In this document: positions 1 to 14,208 of the stretch, piece by piece
Position numbering within the stretch: the stretch's first letter is position 1
How the letters are laid out: every line of letters starts with the position of its first letter
NCBI GenBank assembly: GCA_951406725.2
Contig: OX597838.1
Location: 29,264,001 to 29,328,000, forward strand
DNA length: 64,000 nucleotides
Direction: 5' to 3'
Source: Octopus vulgaris
Taxonomy: Eukaryota
Notes under the pieces: model-generated
What the model saw: only the letters and a program-made list of their open reading frames with translations
Databases searched by the model: none
Told to the model about the DNA's origin: nothing
Translations under genes and position numbers: made by a program

Positions 1-438
1 AATGGTATCAGGTTTTATCCCGTTCCGTATTTCTTTCTTCCATTTGGAATTTAACCATACACAAAGCCCCACACGCAAACACACACATCCTTTCTCACTT
101 CTTTCCTCCTTTCCTTCTTTCTTTCCTGTATTTATTTATTTATTGTATTTATTCCCAATAAAGCTATCAAAATGCTATCGATGAAACAAGAAACTGATCG
201 ATTTCGATAAATCAATGGAATAAACCTCAGTCAAAAACAAACAAACAAAAAAACATTTCCGAAGTATATTATTTCCCTCACGTTTCTGTTGCCTTCGTTG
301 AGTTTCCAATCCAGCCAATGCTGTCAGAGCTTTTAATCCATCCGGGGGTCGATAAAATAGAGAACCAGTCAAACACTGAGGTCGATGGTTTCGTCTTAGG
401 ACCACCCTGCCCTAAGTTTTAATATATGCGCCTAAGAA

Positions 439-834
439 GGCGGCGAGCTGGCAGAAAGGTTAGCACGCCGGGCGAAGTGCTGAGTGGTATTTCGTCTGCC
501 GTTACGTTCTGAGTTCAAATTCCGCCGAGGTCGACTTTGCTTTCATCCTTTCGGGGTCGATAAATTAAGTACCAGTTACGCACTGGGGTCGATGTAATCG
601 ACTTAATCCGTTTGTCTGTCCTTGTTTGTCCTCTCTATGTTTAGCCCTTTGTGGGTAGTAAAGAAATAGGTATTTCGTCAGCCGCTACGTTCTGAGTTCA
701 AATTCCACCGAGGTCGACTTTGCCTTTCATCCTTTCGGGGTTGCTTAATTAAGTACCAGTTGCGTACTGGGGTGGATCTAATCGACTGTCCCCCTCCCCC
801 CAAAATTTCGGGCTTTGTGCCTAGAGTAGAAAAG
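439..834 (+). mobile_element. tRNA-derived SINE family A, dimeric form (head-body-spacer-body-tail)
   Basis: Head ggcggcgagctggcagaa, B-box-like gagttcaaattcc, central gcctttcatcctttcggggtcgataaattaagtaccag. About 10 homologous copies in the window. Confidence 0.9.
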
Positions 835-861
835 TATATTTGCGCTTAAGGAACCATCTTT

Positions 862-1137
862 GTCGTCATCACCACCGTCATCATCATCTTCACCCTTATC
901 ATCACAATCACCATCACCATTATCATCATCATCATCGTCGTCGTCGTCATCATCATCATCATTACCATCATGATCATCATCGTCATCATCATCATCATCA
1001 TCACCATCGTCATCATCATCATCATCATTATCATCCTCATCGTCGTCGTCATCATGATCATGATCATCCTCCTCATCGTCAACACGCTCATCATCGTCGT
1101 CATCATCATCCTCGTCATTATCATCATCACCACCACC

Positions 1138-1170
<33 letters not shown>

Positions 1171-1274
1171 GTCGTCAAAGCCATCATCATTATCATCATC
1201 ATCGTCGTTGTCGCTGTCGTCGTCGTCATCGTCGCCCACGTCGTCATCATCTTGATCATCACCATTATCATCAT
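862..1274. repeat. (CAT/CGT/CAC)n trinucleotide microsatellite
   Basis: Direct inspection; explains the poly-His/Asp ORFs. Confidence 0.95.
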
Positions 1275-1296
1275 TGCAGTGTGTTGCTGATTCCCG

Positions 1297-1870
1297 GGTA
1301 CTTACTTGTACTTGCGACGGCATCCAGCCGGGGAAAGCATGTTGAGTCGGCTCCGACCGACATGTTCGCCACCTCACCTCACATATACCGACCACATTCG
1401 ACGGACGAATGTCCTCACCAGGAGAGCAAACGCGTCAGATAGCTCGGACGCCGTCGCCATCGCCATAGTCGTCATTCGCTGTTGAGGTGTGGAGGTCATG
1501 TTCTGAACGTGAACTATATTCCCGTGTCCTCCAGGGCAGCCCGTCAAGTAGACTCCTGGTCAGTTCTCATCTTCACTAGATACTTCCTTATTCACCAGGG
1601 ACATGTGTCATGTGCTCGACCAGTACAAGTCGTCAACCCAGCCAGAGCCTCAAGGATGAGAACACATTATGTAGGATCTAACTCGGAAAATCGATCAACA
1701 CGGCCACCATGTCCGAGATGGCACTCTCGAATCATGCAATTATCACCATTTAAAACTCTAACTGCCATGTCTAGGAATTCCAATGAGTTTAGCTGCGTCA
1801 GAGAAGTCTATCAGGGCTGCATTATCTCAGCCTTGCTTTTCTAACTTGCGGTTGACTTTGTAACGAAGAT
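1297..1870. mobile_element. Degenerate RTE-type LINE fragments
   Basis: Plus strand reads EVYQGCIISALLF*LAVDFV, resembling the RT motif GVRQGCxLSPLLFN. Minus strand ends in gccgtcgcaagtacaagtaagta, a short-repeat tail. Confidence 0.45.
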
Positions 1871-1879
1871 TAACTTTAA

Positions 1880-2203
1880 CTGGCTCTCCGTCGGTTACGA
1901 CGACGAAGGTTCCAGTTGATCCGATTAACGGAACAGCCTGCTCGTAAAATTAACGTGCAAGTGGCTGAGTACTCCACAGACACGTGTACTACTACCGTAG
2001 TTCTCAGGGAAATATGGCATGACACAGAATGTGATAAGGTTGGCCCTTTGAAATACAGATACAACTCATTTTTGACAGCTGAGTGAACTGGAGCAACGTG
2101 AAATAAAATTCCTTGCTCAAGAACATAATGCGCCTCCCGGAATCGAACTCACGAGCTAACGATTGTGAGCCGATTACCCTAACGACTAAGCCAGGCTCCT
2201 TCA
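1880..2203 (-). mobile_element. tRNA-derived SINE family B (central gttcttgagcaag...ctccagttcactcagctg) with tail X
   Basis: A-box tggcttagtcgttag, B-box gagttcgattcc. Tail cacgttaattttacgagcaggctgttccgtt is shared with 26660-27037 and 55325-55565. Confidence 0.85.
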
Positions 2204-2691
2204 CAATGAAGAAGGTAACCAAAAGGGAAGACTAGAAGAGTGCAGTGGGAGATTATGGAAAGATATTGAGACCTGGCTTTCGTCGATGGTAATGCATTGC
2301 TAACAGAAACAACTGACCTGCAAGAACTGACCACCAGATAGAAAAAATAAACAGAAAAGATCAGGGTCAAAGTTAACTGAGGAAGGACAAAAATGATGAA
2401 GATCCTAGTCACCTTCACCGCCAAGGGTACCTCAGGCAAGCACCTCATTCCTTCTCAACCCCTCCGGCAATACTGGTGGGGGACGGGCAGCACTTCTCTC
2501 TCCACACTCACGTTCTACCTTCAGAATTTATGATAATGTTGATGATAACGATAAATAACGATTCAACATTTGAAATGTTTTGTTTTGACAAATTGGTAAG
2601 TCTCTTAACCCCTTGGGGGTCTTTGGGGTGCTGCAGCCATGCAGCGTATCTAGGGCAAGAAAGCCTGGCAGAGCCCATCCCTCCCCAGAAT

Positions 2692-2970
2692 GGACTGGAG
2701 CAGTGTGAAATGAAGAGCTTTGCTCAAGAACACAATGGATTGTCAGGTCCAGGGATCAAAACTATAATTTTATAATCGTAAGTCAAACACCCTAACCACA
2801 AAGCCATGCACTTCCACTGGTGGTACCCATTTCTACAGCTGAGTGGACTGGAGCAACATGAAGTGAAGAGTTTTGCTCAAGAGCACAATGCATCACCCGG
2901 CCCAGGAATCGAAACCGCAATCTTACGATCGTGAGCCCAACAGCCTACCCACTATTCCACGTGCATCCAC
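2692..2970 (-). mobile_element. Two tandem 5' halves of SINE family B
   Basis: Two copies of gactggagca...tgaagag..ttgctcaaga.cacaat followed by tRNA-like heads. Confidence 0.7.
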
Positions 2971-3760
2971 TATAAAATCTATTTACACATACCAAGTATA
3001 AAAATATTTCAGAGAATATTTATGAATTTGATCGATATTGATTAGATTGCTGGTTTGGAAGTCCAATTCGTAGACTTGAGATTCCAAATTTGATCCATCG
3101 CATCCCGCTCCCCACTCTCTGAGTGGCACCCTATGTAATGTGCCATCAATAACTGTAACGGCACCTGTACCCCTCCACACACACGTGATCTGGTTCTTAA
3201 TGATGTCACGGAAGTCTTGAGAGAGCCCACAGACTTGGGCGATTCACCATCGTGATTCATGACAAGGGTTGTAAAACACCAATGTGAAGAACACGAATTT
3301 AGCAGTCAAAGAATATCAGCAGAAGATCGACCAGAAGGAAAACTTGATTGGTCATTCTACAGTGTCGCATCAATGATCGATACTCTGTTGGATTCTGTTC
3401 TGAAATAGAAGGAAATTCCTCTTTGGAAGAAGAGCGTAATTTCCTCGCCATTTGTAAAGCTTCCAAAAACAGGCTTCTCTGTTTGGGAATTACACAATGA
3501 CCATTCTGCTCCAATCCGTCCGGAATTCCTTTCGATGCCAACACCCGCTGAGCCATGTGAATGCCTCAATTCTACAACGTTCCAAAGACCGAACTGTAGT
3601 TTCGTCACAGCCAGCAGTGTTGTTGTTGTTGTTGTTTTTGTCATGCTGCTGTTGTTGTTGTTATTCATGTTTTTCTTGAGCTTTAGTTTCCTCAGCGATT
3701 CTCTGTATTTCCTTCTCAGTGTGACGTTATCAGTCCTTAATTGCCTCATACATACATACA

Positions 3761-3794
<34 letters not shown>

Positions 3795-3893
3795 CATCCG
3801 TACGTACATACATTTGTGTATGTGTGTACGTGTAGAAGTCCACATACACATATTGATACGCACGCATATAAATGTGTTTCTATGTTTATGTCG

Positions 3894-3928
<35 letters not shown>

Positions 3929-3980
3929 GTGTATATATATATGTATATATATATATATATATTATACATATATATATATG

Positions 3981-4012
<32 letters not shown>

Positions 4013-4020
4013 GCTGTATG

Positions 4021-4058
<38 letters not shown>

Positions 4059-4399
4059 TATACTGTATGTATGTACGTATATGTATAAATGTGTATATAC
4101 GTATATATGTATACATATATATAGGCACACCTATGCAAATGTTTGTATGTATTTATATATATACATATATATATACATATACAGTATACATTTGAATACA
4201 TACATACACATAAACATACATGCACATGTATGTGTGAGTGTGAGTGTGTGCGCGTGTGTATGTTTATGTATGTGTGTGTGTAGCATGTGTGTGAAGATAG
4301 CCAATACTGGAAGATTTATTAGAGCAATAAGCTGTAGTTCTGTGGATGGTAAACACAAGCCGAAAGTCGATATATCACTGCAACAATGACAACAACAGC

Positions 4400-4472
<73 letters not shown>

Positions 4473-4559
4473 GTAATAAGCTTAATAGAAAACCCAACAT
4501 CATTATACAAATATGAATATGCGTCTATGCATAAATATATATATATATGAATAGTCTTA

Positions 4560-4657
<98 letters not shown>

Positions 4658-4793
4658 GTGTTTACCTACATACAAACACCTGGAAGTAGGTTTTAAAACG
4701 TGTCTATACGTAAATGTAGGTATGTATAATAAATAAATAAAAAATTCTATGAATATATATATATTTACATATTTGTATATATCTATCAATATA

Positions 4794-4848
<55 letters not shown>

Positions 4849-4853
4849 GTATA

Positions 4854-4901
<48 letters not shown>

Positions 4902-5419
4902 AATATATATAAGCACAGATACAAATACATTCATATATATATAATTCGATGCATGTATATATATACGTGTATATATATATGTATATGTATATGTATATTC
5001 CATACGTACATTGCGCATACACCCATAAATATAGTTTAATACCGTTTCATGTATGAAACTACTTACGGAAGCATTTACCGATTTTCAAAGAGAAATTATG
5101 CAAGCAGAGAACAGAGTCCGCTGCAAACGATTACAGAAAAACAACACAAACATATAACAACAACAACAACAACAACAAAAAACAAAAACAACAAATGAAA
5201 ACCAAAAACAAAACAAACATAACAAAATTCACTAAAATTACATAAATAACAAGAAATAACAAAATAAATACGGAGAAATAAAATAAAAATGTAACAAACG
5301 TAACTAATAAATCCAAGACTTCTTTACCATTCTGATGTTCCAATGTCATTAGTTGCAGAACACATTTCTTCGAAGCTTTGGAAAGCTTTATTTACTTCTT
5401 GGCATTTTTATTCCATTTA

Positions 5420-5439
5420 GATTATTATTGTTATTATTA

Positions 5440-5485
<46 letters not shown>

Positions 5486-5580
5486 CGTTATTATTATTAT
5501 TATTATCATTATTGTTATTATTATTATTATTATTATTATTGTTATTATTATCATTCTTATTATAATTATTATTATTAATA

Positions 5581-5611
<31 letters not shown>

Positions 5612-5707
5612 TATTATTATTATGATTATTATCGTTATTATTATCATTATCATTATTATTATTATCATTATTATTATTATCATTATTATTATTATCATTA
5701 TTATTAT

Positions 5708-5739
<32 letters not shown>

Positions 5740-5742
5740 TTA

Positions 5743-5788
<46 letters not shown>

Positions 5789-5812
5789 CATCATTATTAT
5801 TATTATTATTTC

Positions 5813-5854
<42 letters not shown>

Positions 5855-5976
5855 CATTATTATTATTATTATTGTTATTATTATTATTATTATTATGATT
5901 ATTAATAATAATATTATTATTATTATCATCATCATTATTATTATTATTATTAACATCATCATTATTATTATCATAA

Positions 5977-6007
<31 letters not shown>

Positions 6008-6114
6008 CATTATTATTTTATTGTTATTACTGTTGCAGTTGTTAGCGTGTACGGTCGTTGAATCATTGTTATTATTATTTAGTAGTAGCAGTAGCAGCAG
6101 CGGCGGCGGCAGTT

Positions 6115-6183
<69 letters not shown>

Positions 6184-6226
6184 TAATATCCTCGTCATTG
6201 GTATTATTTATGCAGATACGCTGTAA

Positions 6227-6258
<32 letters not shown>

Positions 6259-6332
6259 CATCATCATCATCATTATTATTATTACTATTATTTTTGATAG
6301 TATTAACGCTGTTGTGTTATAAATATTAATAT

Positions 6333-6373
<41 letters not shown>

Positions 6374-6480
6374 GAGTTGCTATTTATGTTATTGCTATTT
6401 ATATTGTCCCCCTCATCCTTCGCCCGTGTGTTAAATAAATGAAATCATCATTATTATTATCATTATTATTATTATTATCA

Positions 6481-6560
<80 letters not shown>

Positions 6561-6576
6561 CATTATTATTATTATT
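5420..6576. repeat. (TTA)n/(TAG)n microsatellite block
   Basis: Direct inspection. Confidence 0.95.
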
Positions 6577-7025
6577 AGCGCTATATTCGTTTAGTTTTTC
6601 TTTCTGTTTTCATAATGTCTGTTTGCTGTTGTATACATAAAGCTGTACGTGTGATTGCGTGCCATATCGCGCGTGCGCATGTGTGTGTATGTGTGCGTGC
6701 GCGCGTCTGTGTATGCGTGCGTGTATGTGTGTATACGTGTATTTCTGTTTACAAGTGTGTTTGTGTGTGTGTGTGTGTGTCTGTTTAAGATGCATTTATT
6801 TGCGTAATTGGGTGCCAGAAAACATACGTACTTACTCACTTACATATATGCATACGTACATATGTATATATATATACATACATATATACACACATATACA
6901 TATATATACATACATATGTACTTATATATATGTATATTTATATATATATATGTATTTATGTATGTATGTACGTTTGTATATATCTGTACATGCATATCAA
7001 TGCTTGTGTGTATGTGATATATATG

Positions 7026-7083
<58 letters not shown>

Positions 7084-7197
7084 ATACACATACAAACATA
7101 ATTGCATTTATAATGGAATGTAATAATATCTATACATAAAAATATTTATATACGTGTTTGTTTTGTAAGCATTATATACACACAAGCATACATACAT

Positions 7198-7289
<92 letters not shown>

Positions 7290-7929
7290 GTACATATATA
7301 CGTACATACACATATGTATATTTGCGTATGTATATATAAAGTAACACATTATATATTGTTCTGCTGTGCGTATATGTGTGTGCGAGTACAATATTGCTAT
7401 TGGTTTCCAACATCAGCACATTTCGTTTGGTAAAAACGCAAAAACGCGAAGAAACACACAATAAAAAAACACACCCTAAACAGATACAAAACACACAAAC
7501 ACAGAAAACCTACATAAAAGCCAAGCAACTCTCGTAGCTCTGTAGACATAACGACTGTTGCTGCCACCACTGCAGAAAAGCTTTGTCATTTATCGATAAA
7601 TTTGTAATCCAAGATCTGTGGAATATTCAATCTCTGGTATTCAGACCTTGTGTGATTTAATGGTAAGGAACACGATCTTGCTCAATCGGTTTTCGTCCAC
7701 GTTGTGTGGTATTTGTCCAAAACATTTCCAGTCTTTTTGGTGGTATTTTTGTATTTGTTCTTCATTTTCGCGTGTTTCATTTCACATATTAATGATAATT
7801 GGTGATTTCTCAGTAAAAACAGTTGAATTAAAAGAATTTAACGAAAACAGTGTTTTCATTTTCTTTATTGTTCTTTTCATATTTTTTTCTTCTTCTCATT
7901 GGTTTAGTCTGTAGAGTTTTTGTCGAGTA

Positions 7930-8036
7930 AGCGCGCATGGCTCAGTGGTTAGAGCGTCAATCTTACGATCATGGAGTTGAGAGTTCGCTTTCCGGACCGG
8001 GCTGTGTGCTGTGTTCTTGAGCAAGACACTTTATTA
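7930..8036 (+). mobile_element. SINE family B 5' fragment
   Basis: tggctcagtggttagagcg A-box, gagttcgc B-box, gttcttgagcaagacactttat. Confidence 0.75.
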
Positions 8037-8249
8037 GGAAGCCATGTGAAGGTACATGGCCCACTGGTTGAAGCGTCGGGATCATATTAATTAAGTTATT
8101 ATGAACAAAATGCGCACCACTTTACTATTGTTTTCAACTTTTAGCACAAGGCCAGCAATTTCGAGGGAGGAAGCAAATGCATTACATCCATCTCGCTACT
8201 CAGCTTGTACTTATTTTATCGACCCGGAATAATAATATTGACCCTTTCT

Positions 8250-8638
8250 TGTATAGGCACAACGCCCGAAAATTTGGGTGAAGGGGTAAATGGCTTACAT
8301 CGATCCAGTACTCGAATGGTGCTTGATTTATTGAGCCCGAAAGGATGAAAGGCAAAATCTACTTCGGCGGGATTTGAACTCAGAACGTAGCGGCAGACGA
8401 AATACCTATTTCTTTACTACCCACAAGGGGCTAAACACAGAGAGGACAAACAAGGACAGACAAACGGATTAAGTCGATTATATCGACCCCAGTGCGTAAA
8501 TGGTACTTATTTAATCGACCCCGAAAGGATGAAAGGCCAAGTCGACATCCGCGGAATTTGAACTCAGAACGTAAAGACGGACGAAATTCCGTTAAGCATC
8601 TCACCCGGCGTGGTAACGATTCTGCCAGCTCGCCACCG
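8250..8638 (-). mobile_element. SINE family A, dimeric form
   Basis: Reverse complement of the 439-834 architecture. Confidence 0.88.
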
Positions 8639-8654
8639 TAGTACCATTCTAATA

Positions 8655-8870
8655 TACTTTTATTTGTTCCAGTCATTTGACTGTGGTCATGCTGAAGCAC
8701 CGCCTTTAGTCGAACTATTAGACCCAAGGACTTATTCTTTGTAAGCCTAGTACTTATTCTATCGGTCTTTTTTTGCCGAACCGCTAAGTTATAGGGACAT
8801 ACACACACCAACATCGGTCGTCAAGCGATGGTGGTGGGAGAAACGCAAAGACATAAACATATATACATAT

Positions 8871-8921
<51 letters not shown>

Positions 8922-9352
8922 ATATGCATAAATACATACGTATATGTACATACTTACATCTATACGTATATATATGTGCATATGTGGACACAGGGCGTCA
9001 CGAAACCTGTACAACAAAAAATACGAAGTACGAGTACATGGAATATGAACTATTTTTTCGAACAACGAAAGACACAAATGGAAAACAGGACAAACAACAT
9101 AAAGAACGACCCTTCGTCTGCTGTTGGCTGTTTTTCTACTTTCATATTTCGAGCAATTCACAACACACACACACATACAAACACACAAACACACAAACAC
9201 ACACACATAGATAGATATAGATATATATATACGACGGGCTCTTTCAGTTTCCGTCAACCAAATCCACTTAGAAGGCTTTGGTCGGCTATAGTAAAAGACA
9301 GTTGCCCAAGGTGCCATGCAGTGGGACTGAACCCAGAACCACACTTGCGCCT
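8655..9352 (-). mobile_element. SINE family C (CORE-like, internal microsatellite) with nested insertion at about 8990-9160
   Basis: Homologous to 23711-24130; accttgggcaa CORE-like motif; CR1-like tail. Confidence 0.85.
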
Positions 9353-9899
9353 ATAGTTCTTAATTTTAATAACCACACTTGCGCCTATAGTTCTTAATTT
9401 TAATAACTCCGAGCCGGCATCTTTAAAAGAGATGAAATGAAACCATTTCACAAAACAAATATAGAGAAAAAACAAAACAAACAAAAACGTTTCCTTCTTC
9501 AATTCCGGAAAAGACGTCAACGCTGTTTAGTAAAAGAAATAACCAAAAGAAAAATGTCTAAATTTATTTAATTATGTTTGAAGTCAAAAAGCGAATCTAA
9601 TAGAGCATAAATTATCTCGATAAAACTTAATAAACATTTAAAAAAAAAAGGCATCTTTGGAAAGCAAGATTGTGAGTTACAACAAGTCTTAGTAGCTCAG
9701 TAATAACTCGTATTACTAGTCGTAATAATGGTTGTGACTCAGATACCGAGAAGTTCTTCTGCATAAAACGGCAAATAACGATGGGATTCACAAGCGACAT
9801 CAGCTCCCACAATGCAGATATCTGATTGGTTGGTATTTCGATTATGATGAAAACAGAAAAACTGGAAGAAAAATGTCTAATTTGACAAATGAAATAACA

Positions 9900-10126
<227 letters not shown>

Positions 10127-10183
10127 GAGAAATCAATTCTTTCTCATTTTCTTCAGTCTGTCTTTCTCTCTTCCTGAATATAC

Positions 10184-10225
<42 letters not shown>

Positions 10226-10421
10226 CATGCATACATATCTATATGTATATCTATAAACATATCTACACATATATTTATATAAATGTATATATAAATAAAT
10301 AGTATATATATGTATATATATATTATATATATACATATATATGCATATATGTATATATATATACATGCCGGCATAAGCACACACATATTGTATTTATTTA
10401 TGTGTATATATATATATATGC

Positions 10422-10474
<53 letters not shown>

Positions 10475-10528
10475 TATATATAGATATAGATATATAAGTA
10501 TATATATCTATATACATTTATATATATG

Positions 10529-10565
<37 letters not shown>

Positions 10566-10637
10566 AGGTATGTTCATATTCATAGATAAATATTTCTCTT
10601 TTCTCTTTTTTAAACCGCGAAGTACCGTACATAGAGT

Positions 10638-10686
<49 letters not shown>

Positions 10687-10844
10687 CAATCAAGGAACGG
10701 CCATAATAGGCCATTCACCCACTAGAAATAACAGCCAAAGCTTCAACCGCAAAACAATATCAATTCCGCAGACCACTAGGCCGCTGGTGGCAAAAAATTC
10801 TAAGAAAAATTCTACGAAATTTTTTGCCACCCTCTATTGATTAA

Positions 10845-10876
<32 letters not shown>

Positions 10877-11197
10877 GTAGTATCTCAAGATACATCAGGA
10901 ATTGAGACTAAATCGTATGAATTAACTAAAAAGAAACATGCAACACGTAAGAACAGTTTTAAAACTTCATTAGCATACACATCTTTTAATAAGTAATTTG
11001 TATATAATCAGGTGCTTTTATTTCATTTTTCTCTTCAGTATAGGATTTTAGGTGTTTTTATAAAGTTTTTTTTATGATTTTAAATGTGCTCTCCGAGACC
11101 GAAGCAAAGTTGGAGACATCGACTACGCTGATGTATTTCCCCCATAAGAAAGTAAGTTGAAGTATGTCAGTATATGTATACTTTTATACATATATAT

Positions 11198-11392
11198 TCG
11201 CCATGATAGATCGTTAGCCAATGAACCTTTTCTATTTCCTCTCCCTGTTCATTTCTGTGTTCCTTTCTGTCGAAGAGCGTAGGCTCGAAACGTAAAAGAC
11301 TTTTTCACTTCCCGAGCGTTAAACTAATACGTCTGTTTGTTGTTTTCATACCCGTCTTCGTCGTTTGTTCTATTTGTAAATTCTCACTCTCT
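11198..11392 (+). mobile_element. Short non-autonomous element with minimal hammerhead-like motif, TA-flanked
   Basis: ctttCTGTCGAaGAGCgtagGCTCGAAACGTAaaag; homologous to 43750-43970. Confidence 0.65.
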
Positions 11393-11430
11393 ATATATAT
11401 AGTTATATATACATATATATACATACATAC

Positions 11431-11475
<45 letters not shown>

Positions 11476-12071
11476 CAAAATTAGAGAATGGAGAAACATA
11501 CTTAAATCAGTAAAACATCAACTATCCGATATATTATCCCATGGTGGGTTGAATTTTCAACCCCTATCTCATTTTATATATATACATATATATATATACA
11601 TACATACATACATACATATATATATATACACACACATACATATATATATACTTATATATATATATACATACACATATATATGTGCCTAAATGCATATGCA
11701 TATACATGCATATATACGTATATTTACACACACATATACATATACATATATATACGTGTAAATATATGTATACATGTACATATATACACACACACATATA
11801 TATGTGTGTGTGTGTATGTATACTTATTATGAAACAGCTGTCAACAAATGAATTAAGTCTTTTCTCTCACTTCTCTTATCTTATATACATATTTTTGTAT
11901 GCATGTAGATATCTACTTTTCTATTTGTCTCTCTCTCTCACTTTCTTTCTTTCTTTCGTTCTTTCTTTCTCGCACCCTTACTATCTCTATATTATATATA
12001 ATATATATTTGGTATATATATATATGTATATAGTATATATATATATATACATATGCATATGTAGATGTATA

Positions 12072-12111
<40 letters not shown>

Positions 12112-12261
12112 TGTATATATACCTGTATATGCATATATGTCTTCATATATATACTTATATGTTTATACGTAAGTGTATGTATATGTATATATTTATATAC
12201 ACACACAAATATAAATGTACATATATATGTATATATATATATTACATGTCTATACATACAT

Positions 12262-12390
<129 letters not shown>

Positions 12391-12769
12391 CTCACACACT
12401 TGAGCACATCCACTCATACTATAAACGCATTGTATAAATTATATTTACTATATTAAGTAAACGACCAAAATGGTAAACATGACTTCCCCGGCATCATTAA
12501 TCTTGATTTTGGCAACATTTATGACGTCTGGTTTTGAGCTGTTTCATCGTCTGTTGGCATTGCATTGTTGTTGCTGCTGCTGCTGCTGTTGTTGATATTG
12601 TTGCATTTCATGATACTCTTTTTTATTATTCTTCTTGTCGTTGTCATTCCGTTTCCTTGTTGCTTTTGTTGTTCTTGTTGTTGTTGTTGCAGTTTCTGAT
12701 ATTCTTGTCTGTTGTTGTTGTTGTATGTTTATATGATATTTTTTTGAAAGAGCTTTCTAATAATATAGT

Positions 12770-13439
12770 TTTCTTTCTTTCTTTCTTTCTTTCTTCCTTT
12801 CTTTCTTTCTTTCTTTCTTCCTTTCTTTCTTTCTTCCTGTCTTTCTTCCCGTCTCAATTCTTTCATCTTTGAGACCAAAATCTCTTTCTCTATTTATTTC
12901 CTTCCACTCTCTCTTTGCTTTTCTTTCTTCTCATTGGTTTCTTTCCTTTCCTTTTACCTCTATTTCTTTGTTTCTTTCTTCTGTTCTCACTTCTTCTTTC
13001 TTTCGATTTCTCTTTCTTCTTCCTTCCTTCTTAATTTCTCTTTCTTCCATTCGTTCTTCTTTCCATCTTTCCTTCTCTTTACTCTTTCTTTCTTTCGTAT
13101 CTTCTTCCTTCTTATTCTTTTTTCTTTCTTTGCATTTCTTTCAATTCTTTTTCCTTCCTTAATTTCTTTCTTTTTTCTTTCTTTCATTCATTTCTTCTTC
13201 CTTCATCGTCCTTTCTTTTTCTTTTTTCCATCCTACTCTCCTTCTTTCATCTCTTTCTTTTTCCATCCTTCTCTCCTTCTTTCTCTCTTTCTTTATTTCT
13301 CTTCTTCTTTCTTCTTGCTTCCCCTTCTTTTTCTTCCATTCCTTCTTTGTTCCATAGTTTATTTTATTTCTTCCTCCTTCATCTTTCTTCCATTTATTTC
13401 GTTCCTTCCTTCTTACTGTTTCTTCCCTTCATTCCCTCT

Positions 13440-13499
<60 letters not shown>

Positions 13500-13700
13500 T
13501 CCTTCCTTTGCGACTTCTTCGTTCTTTCTTTCTATCTCGCTCTTTCTTTCCTCCGTTCTTCCTTCCACCCTTCCTTTTTGTCTTTATCTTTCCATCGTTA
13601 CTTCTTCCTTCCTTCTTTTGTCTCTCTCCTTCATTTCTTTCTTCCCATCCGTTTCTTTCGTCATCGTTTCACTTTTTCCTCCTCGTATTCTTCATCTTCA
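12770..13700. repeat. Polypyrimidine (CTTT/CTT)n low-complexity tract
   Basis: Direct inspection. Confidence 0.9.
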
Positions 13701-14208
13701 AAAACCACCCACCTAGCCTCCCACCCAAACACCCAAATACCCAACCGACCGACCAACCGACCAACCAGCCTGCCGTTCACCCCACCGACCGATCAACCGA
13801 CCAACCAGTCAATGCGCCATAGTTTGCAAACAAATTGTTCGTCAGATCTCACTGAACAGGATGTGTACTAGCGGAGTTTAGAGGGAGAAAGAACGAGAAA
13901 TGAGTGAAAGAAGGAGAGAGAGAGAAAAGACATAGAGAGACGTCAAAGAGAGAGGGAGATGTTGTTCTATGCTCCTGTGGCTACCACTCCTTCGAAAATG
14001 AAGATGTCAACAGCATAATTAGTAAGTTTCATTGACATCAAAAGCCAAAAAACATCAATCACTCATATAAACGCTTTCTCTTTCTATCTCTATGCCATAT
14101 GCATACATGCATATCTGTGCATGCATAAGTGTATGTATGTATATATATATATATATATGTTTGTGTGTGTGTATTCAGTATATGTGTGTATATATATATG
14201 TATATATA

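Noticed and set aside
778-1442. Poly-His / poly-Asp ORFs
   Set aside because: Translations of a (CAT)n microsatellite open in several frames; no splice or domain evidence.
9640-9870. Further R4/Dong C-terminal remnant (ISALWELMSLVNPIVI)
   Set aside because: Too degenerate to call by eye.
12869-13871. Phe/Leu/Ser-rich membrane-like ORFs (also 61089-62030)
   Set aside because: Polypyrimidine low complexity.
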